32,000 nt of DNA, taken from NCBI GenBank assembly GCA_041661045.1, contig JBAZVE010000001.1:1050001-1082000 (forward strand), read 5' to 3'. The position numbers and the translations under genes were made by a program. This document shows, in pieces, positions 26,662-32,000 of this stretch. Source of the DNA: Candidatus Saccharimonadota bacterium (lineage in GTDB: Bacteria > Patescibacteriota > Gracilibacteria > UBA1369 > 2-02-FULL-48-14). The notes under the pieces were generated by a model that was not told the DNA's origin, made no database searches, and saw nothing but the letters and a program-made list of their open reading frames with translations. Each line of letters starts with the position of its first letter. The stretch's first letter is position 1.

Positions 26662-27239
26662 TATTTGAGGGTGAAGGAACGGAGCATGGTGTCGATGGTC
26701 TCAAGAATCAGCTCATCTTCGCCACTTCGAGCGGTCCCGGTCACGGTCCAGGCTTCGGTGCCCTTGGTGAGGGTGATCTGCATGAAGCGAAGTTTGGGCC
26801 CGGAATTGTCGTTTTTCCCCTCAAAAATGCTGAGCATGGTTTTGCTTTCAGCTCCACCCACGGTCAGGGTGACAGTTTCCTGTGAGATGAGCGCAAAATT
26901 GACCAGTGTCCCTTCGTGATCTGCGAGTTTTCTTTGACCAAAATCGTAACTGGTGTCTCCGCGAGTATTGTTTTCTTTCAGCACGGTCACATTGGAAGTG
27001 AAGACACTGTCCTGAATGGCATTTTTAAACGCCACTTCCAAATTGTCCGGATATTCTGGAGTGAAGGCATCTTCAATTTCCCAGTCGTCCGGAACTTCCA
27101 TTTCAAACTCAGAAGTTTTGTATGTGAAATAAAAAGCTTCCTCGGAATCCTCTGTAGTTCCATCCGTTGTGGAGTCCGAACCGCCGCACGCCGTTAGGAG
27201 TAGAGAGGTGAGGAATAAACTGATTAGGATTTTCTTCAT
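26661..27239 (-). CDS. Lipoprotein of unknown function
   Basis: Signal peptide with lipobox MKKILISLFLTSLLLTAC/GG. Its TAA stop overlaps the lgt ATG (TAATG on the minus strand, 26659-26663). Confidence 0.7.
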   Translation of the reverse strand: MKKILISLFLTSLLLTACGGSDSTTDGTTEDSEEAFYFTYKTSEFEMEVPDDWEIEDAFTPEYPDNLEVAFKNAIQDSVFTSNVTVLKENNTRGDTSYDFGQRKLADHEGTLVNFALISQETVTLTVGGAESKTMLSIFEGKNDNSGPKLRFMQITLTKGTEAWTVTGTARSGEDELILETIDTMLRSFTLK

Positions 27240-27285
27240 TGGCCGCAGTTTACTTGAATTCTTGTATACGGGCCATTGAAATCTG

Positions 27286-27314
27286 TTGACTTTATTTTAC
27301 TAAAACGGTAAATA
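27286..27314 (+). promoter_or_regulatory. Sigma70-like promoter
   Basis: TTGACT (27286-27291), 17-nt spacer, TAAATA (27309-27314), in an AT-rich gap upstream of the ORF at 27354. Confidence 0.4.
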
Positions 27315-27353
27315 TTTTATTGCTCAGGCTGTTTATTATTAATTTCAAATTTT

Positions 27354-27611
27354 ATGAGTTTAGATAAAAATTGTACATCTCTTGTTGGGGCTGACTTTGA
27401 ACTGCGTCGGGGCGGGGATAATTTTCCTTATGCTCCCTTGTCTGCAACAAGAGGTGCTGAGGGGGTGTGGGCGGAGAGGCACAATGCAGATCAAGTCGCG
27501 GTTTTACAAGATCTTCATAGGAAAGGAACTCTTAATGCATTTTTAGGTACTTCAACTGGGGAAGAGGATCTTGGTCCGGATGAGCCTACCATGGAAATTG
27601 AAAAGGACTGA
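27354..27611 (+). CDS. Hypothetical small protein (85 aa)
   Basis: ATG ORF 40 nt downstream of a plausible promoter. No motif recognised. Confidence 0.35.
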   Translation: MSLDKNCTSLVGADFELRRGGDNFPYAPLSATRGAEGVWAERHNADQVAVLQDLHRKGTLNAFLGTSTGEEDLGPDEPTMEIEKD

Positions 27612-27627
27612 TGTGTGCAGGGTTTGC

Positions 27628-28743
27628 TTACTCCAGGCGTCGTGCGACGCTCTCGCTGATGTGAACAAGGAGTTCGTAAGGGATCAGCTGGGCGGCCTTG
27701 CTTTGTTCCAGCACGGAGTTTTTTTGTTCGGGATGGCGAGAGTACACGATCACGGGATCGTAGAGTTTGGCTTCCGCATGGCTTAAATCCACCATGCAGA
27801 GATTCATGCACACGCGGCCCACAATGGGGCAGAGGGTTCCATTCACTTCCACACAACCGGCATTGCTGAGACTACGGGGCAGGGCCTCGTAATAACCCAC
27901 GGGGATGATGCCGATTCGCATGGGGTGGGGGGCGGTAAATGTTCCGCCGTAGCCCACGGTTTCACCTTTTTTGACTTCGTTGATGGCGATGAGGGTGGAT
28001 TCCAGTTCCATGGCGGGTTTTAGGCCCTCGAATCCTTCAATGACGGGGATGCCGTAGAGGCTGATGCCCAGGCGTGCCATATTGAATTTTGGATTTTTGA
28101 CTTTGAGCGCTCCGGCACTGTTTGCACAGTGAATCCACTTGGGGCTGAAGCCCGTTTTTTCGATCAAGGTCAGAGCGGTCTCAAAGCGCTGCACTTGTTC
28201 CGTGGTTTTCGCATCGTTGTGAGGGTTGTCCGCATCGGCAAAATGAGTGTAAACGCCTTCAATATTCAGACCGATTTTTTTGAAGAAGGGAAGCTGCTCG
28301 GTCAATGCTTCCAAAGAAAAGCCCAGACGAGAAAACCCGGTCTCGATTTTGAGGTGCACGGGGTAGCCCAGTTTGGCAAAAAGCTCGGCGCTTTCTTTAT
28401 TATAGACTGAAAAATGAAAGGGAAGACGGCGGACGCGGCCGATGATTCCGGTGTGCAAACTCTCCGGGTGAGAGGCTCCTATAATAAGAATAGGGGTTTT
28501 GATGCGGGCTTTTTTGAGTTCGTAGGCTTCGTACAGGGAATCCACCACAAAAAAGGGGAGGTTTTCGTCGTCGAGTGCCTTGGCCACCAGGGTGAGCCCG
28601 TGCCCGTAGGCGTTGGATTTTAAAACCGGACAAATGGCTTGGTGGGGGCACCATTTTTGGTAGAGGTGCAGGTTGTGCTTTAAGGCATCCTTAAAAACAT
28701 GCACCACATTCAGGTTGCGATATTTCTTTTTACCAAAAGGCAT
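27628..28743 (-). CDS. alr: Alanine racemase
   Basis: PLP-lysine motif CPVLKSNAYGHGL, an N-terminal TIM-barrel region, and a C-terminal VGYGGTF...GRVCMN region. Confidence 0.9.
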   Translation of the reverse strand: MPFGKKKYRNLNVVHVFKDALKHNLHLYQKWCPHQAICPVLKSNAYGHGLTLVAKALDDENLPFFVVDSLYEAYELKKARIKTPILIIGASHPESLHTGIIGRVRRLPFHFSVYNKESAELFAKLGYPVHLKIETGFSRLGFSLEALTEQLPFFKKIGLNIEGVYTHFADADNPHNDAKTTEQVQRFETALTLIEKTGFSPKWIHCANSAGALKVKNPKFNMARLGISLYGIPVIEGFEGLKPAMELESTLIAINEVKKGETVGYGGTFTAPHPMRIGIIPVGYYEALPRSLSNAGCVEVNGTLCPIVGRVCMNLCMVDLSHAEAKLYDPVIVYSRHPEQKNSVLEQSKAAQLIPYELLVHISESVARRLE

Positions 28744-28751
28744 AAAAGTGC

Positions 28752-29426
28752 TTAGCGGCGAGTTACAATGGCATCCACCAAACCATACTTCTTTGCCTCT
28801 TCGGCACTCATGAAATTATCCCGGTCGGTATCCACTTCCACTTTGCTGAGTTTTTGACCCGTGTGGTGTGCGATGATTCCATTGAGCAGGTTCTTGGTTT
28901 TGATGATGTGGTCGGCGTGAATGCGAATATCGGAAGCCTGACCTTCGGTTCCTCCCAAAGGTTGATGAATCATCACTTCGGCATTGGGGAGTGCAAATCG
29001 TTTTCCCTTGGCTCCGCCACAGAGGAGTACGGCGCCCATGGAGGCGGCCATGCCCATCACGACGGTGGAAACATCCGGCTTCAAGTACTGCATCGTGTCG
29101 TAAATGGCCAAACCTGCGGTCACATGGCCGCCCGGAGAGTTGATGTACATGGTGATGTCTCGCTTGGCATCCTCATTTTCCAAAAAGAGCATTTGGGCGA
29201 TGAGCAAGCTCGCCATGCCGGATTCCACTTCCGTGAACATGAAAATCACGCGGTCCTTGAGCAAACGGGAATAAATGTCGTAGGCCCGTTCCCCTTCGTG
29301 TGTTTTCTCGAGTACGGTGGGAACCAGCATGCTGGTGAGCTCACGGGAAAGCCCTCGATTGTCGCGAAGATATTTGGCCTGAGCTTTAAGAAGACTGCTT
29401 TTTGTATAATGGTGAAAATCGTTCAT
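28752..29426 (-). CDS. clpP: ATP-dependent Clp protease proteolytic subunit
   Basis: [35 protein letters not shown], catalytic Ser in [11 protein letters not shown], and [11 protein letters not shown] 29426 gives a 32-aa N-terminal extension. Internal ATG 29330 ([10 protein letters not shown]...) would give the canonical N-terminus. Confidence 0.9.
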   Translation of the reverse strand: MNDFHHYTKSSLLKAQAKYLRDNRGLSRELTSMLVPTVLEKTHEGERAYDIYSRLLKDRVIFMFTEVESGMASLLIAQMLFLENEDAKRDITMYINSPGGHVTAGLAIYDTMQYLKPDVSTVVMGMAASMGAVLLCGGAKGKRFALPNAEVMIHQPLGGTEGQASDIRIHADHIIKTKNLLNGIIAHHTGQKLSKVEVDTDRDNFMSAEEAKKYGLVDAIVTRR

Positions 29427-29452
29427 TGGGTGCGTGGAGTTAATGTGGCTGC

Positions 29453-29480
29453 ATTATAGCAGTTGAATACCCCCAGCCAA
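29453..29480 (-). promoter_or_regulatory. Promoter for clpP (extended -10)
   Basis: On the minus strand: TTGGCT (29480-29475), 16-nt spacer, TGcTATAAT with TATAAT at 29458-29453. It is divergent from the rRNA promoter. Confidence 0.5.
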
Positions 29481-29509
29481 ATCTATTTTCGTTTAGACTA
29501 AAAATAGTA

Positions 29510-29537
29510 TTGACTTTACCTGGATGCACGCTAGAAT
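29510..29537 (+). promoter_or_regulatory. 16S rRNA promoter
   Basis: TTGACT (29510-29515), 16-nt spacer, TAGAAT (29532-29537), preceded by an A/T-rich UP-like stretch (actaaaaatagta). Confidence 0.6.
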
Positions 29538-29571
29538 CGTCTGGCACATTTCTTTCAAGACTTGTGTTCGT

Positions 29572-29610
29572 TCTTCAATTGACCTTTGACAATTCAGATC
29601 TAATAGAGAG
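29572..29610 (+). other. 5' arm of the 16S processing stalk
   Basis: TCTTCAATTGA (29572-29582) is the exact reverse complement of 31347-31357. CAGATCTAATAGAGAG (29595-29610) pairs with 31297-31312 with one mismatch. The two pairings are properly nested. Confidence 0.7.
29580..29596 (+). promoter_or_regulatory. boxA-like rRNA antitermination element in the 16S leader
   Basis: TGACCTTTGACAATTCA matches the E. coli rrn boxA region TGCTCTTTAACAATTTA (as I recall it) at 13 of 17 positions. Confidence 0.5.
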
Positions 29611-29729
29611 TCCCAAATTCTAGGTTTTAATCTCGGTTTTCCGAGTATAAATAAATTTAAATTTAGGCTAGCCCCCTGGCCAACAGGGGGCATCAGCTTC
29701 GATCTTTCTCAAAAGTACCCTCGGGTACT

Positions 29730-31187
<1,458 letters not shown>

Positions 31188-31296
31188 TAAGGAGTTACGA
31201 AGGACTTCGAAAGAAGTCGTGTAACCATTCCTAGGTCGCCTCTCCCTTTACTGGGAGAGCGAGTGCACCGCGAGATGCATTCACCCTAGAGTTTGC

Positions 31297-31357
31297 CTCT
31301 CTTTTAGATCTGGATTATCAGACTGCAGATTTACTTCCGCAGCGTATCAATTGAAGA
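31297..31357 (+). other. 3' arm of the 16S processing stalk
   Basis: CTCTCTTTTAGATCTG (31297-31312) and TCAATTGAAGA (31347-31357) are complementary to the leader segments at 29595-29610 and 29572-29582. Confidence 0.7.
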
Positions 31358-31364
31358 AACCTAG

Positions 31365-31386
31365 AAGCCCCGAAAGGGGCTTTTTT
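31365..31386 (+). terminator. Intrinsic terminator after the 16S trailer
   Basis: AAGCCCC-GAAA-GGGGCTT hairpin followed by a T6 run, immediately after the 3' arm of the processing stalk. Confidence 0.75.
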
Positions 31387-31448
31387 GCTTGAGTGGAAGC
31401 CGTTTCCACTATATAGTGGGCTCCATTTTAGCATTAAATTTTTATACC

Positions 31449-32000
31449 ATGCCCACTGATCTCCCGTCTCCAGACCCTGTAGTGCCCGAATTCACAGAGG
31501 GCTTTAGGGAAGAGGCTCTGAACTTTGTTCAAACTTGCGTGGAAAAAGCGGGACTTTCTTTAGATGATCCTCGATTGCGGTTTAAGATTGCTAATGATCA
31601 TCCCATTGAAAGCCCGGATTTAACTCGCGAAGAAGTCACTAGAGCTCTCGTCGTTGGACGAGGGCCGAAATACTTTTGGTATGATAAGCCCGGTTCAGGT
31701 GATACGGTCCAAGAAGCTTTTATTGAGGACATAAAGTTCGTGAGTGCTCTTCCTGTCGATCTGATACAGATTCTCATTACTCTTTTCAACTATCCTGATG
31801 GCGAATCGTATGGTGCTGAGGTCTTTGGTCTGGCGCATGAGGGGGCTGACCCGGTGGCCGTCGAAACTCTTCGGAATCGAGTGCATGAAGCTTTAAATGG
31901 TACGAGTGAGGCAGTACCCACATTCAGCCCCGAGTTCCAGACTCAAGCACTAACTCTTACCCAAAAATTAGTGGCTCGCGCGAATTTGGATGGGGATCTT
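31449..32000 (+). CDS. Hypothetical protein with an internal repeat, N-terminal 184 codons (runs off the window end)
   Basis: Not in the ORF track because it has no stop. ATG 31449 opens a frame that stays open to 32000: MPTDLPSPDPVVPEFTEGFREEALNFVQTCVEKAGLSLDD.... A second copy of the N-terminal motif begins near aa 157 (VPTFSPEFQTQALTLTQKLVARANLDGDL). Confidence 0.55.
   Translation, partial: MPTDLPSPDPVVPEFTEGFREEALNFVQTCVEKAGLSLDDPRLRFKIANDHPIESPDLTREEVTRALVVGRGPKYFWYDKPGSGDTVQEAFIEDIKFVSALPVDLIQILITLFNYPDGESYGAEVFGLAHEGADPVAVETLRNRVHEALNGTSEAVPTFSPEFQTQALTLTQKLVARANLDGDL

Noticed and set aside
28854-29459. 201-aa plus-strand ORF
   Set aside because: It is antisense to clpP, whose catalytic motifs are clear on the minus strand.
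31188-31448. ITS tRNAs or the start of 23S after the 16S
   Set aside because: The region contains only short hairpins, the stalk arm and a terminator. It has no cloverleaf and no 23S 5' consensus. A 23S gene further downstream cannot be excluded from this window.
31598-31886. Two 63-aa minus-strand ORFs
   Set aside because: They are antisense to the longer open frame 31449..32000, which has a proper ATG after the rRNA terminator.

Overview
Gene-dense bacterial chromosomal window read with the standard genetic code (UGA closes conserved genes such as prfA and the TatD-family gene). I support about 30 protein genes, 3 tRNAs, one stand-alone 16S rRNA gene and one T-box riboswitch. No CRISPR array, transposase or integrase was recognised. 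Left part (1-9.2 kb): a partial SLH-like surface protein, a 742-aa orphan secreted protein, gyrB, an acidic putative lipoprotein, rpsU-prmC-prfA and a TatD-family hydrolase. Middle part (about 9.2-22.0 kb) is an arginine-themed block. It holds a minus-strand pair (fused tandem AdoMetDC-like pyruvoyl enzyme plus an agmatine/peptidyl-arginine-deiminase-like enzyme). It then holds a T-box leader with a putative Arg (CGC) specifier, argG-argH, a five-gene cassette and argS. The cassette is a VioC/AsnO-type Fe(II)/2OG hydroxylase, a NodU/CmcH-type carbamoyltransferase, an M20 ArgE-like deacylase, a GNAT and an orphan. By spot counts its core (about 12.3-19.8 kb) looks AT-richer than the flanks. Right part: radA, tRNA-Lys(CUU), efp, a second guanidino-modifying-fold enzyme, tRNA-Cys(GCA), tRNA-Leu(UAA), an AlkD-like repair protein, lipoprotein-lgt, alr and clpP. 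It ends with a 16S rRNA gene that has its own promoter, boxA-like element, leader/trailer processing stem and terminator, followed by a protein gene rather than 23S. The best candidate for an undescribed system is the hydroxylase-carbamoyltransferase-deacylase-GNAT cassette between the T-box-controlled argGH and argS, together with the upstream decarboxylase/deiminase pair. Every function here is inferred from motifs read by eye. No database search was run.
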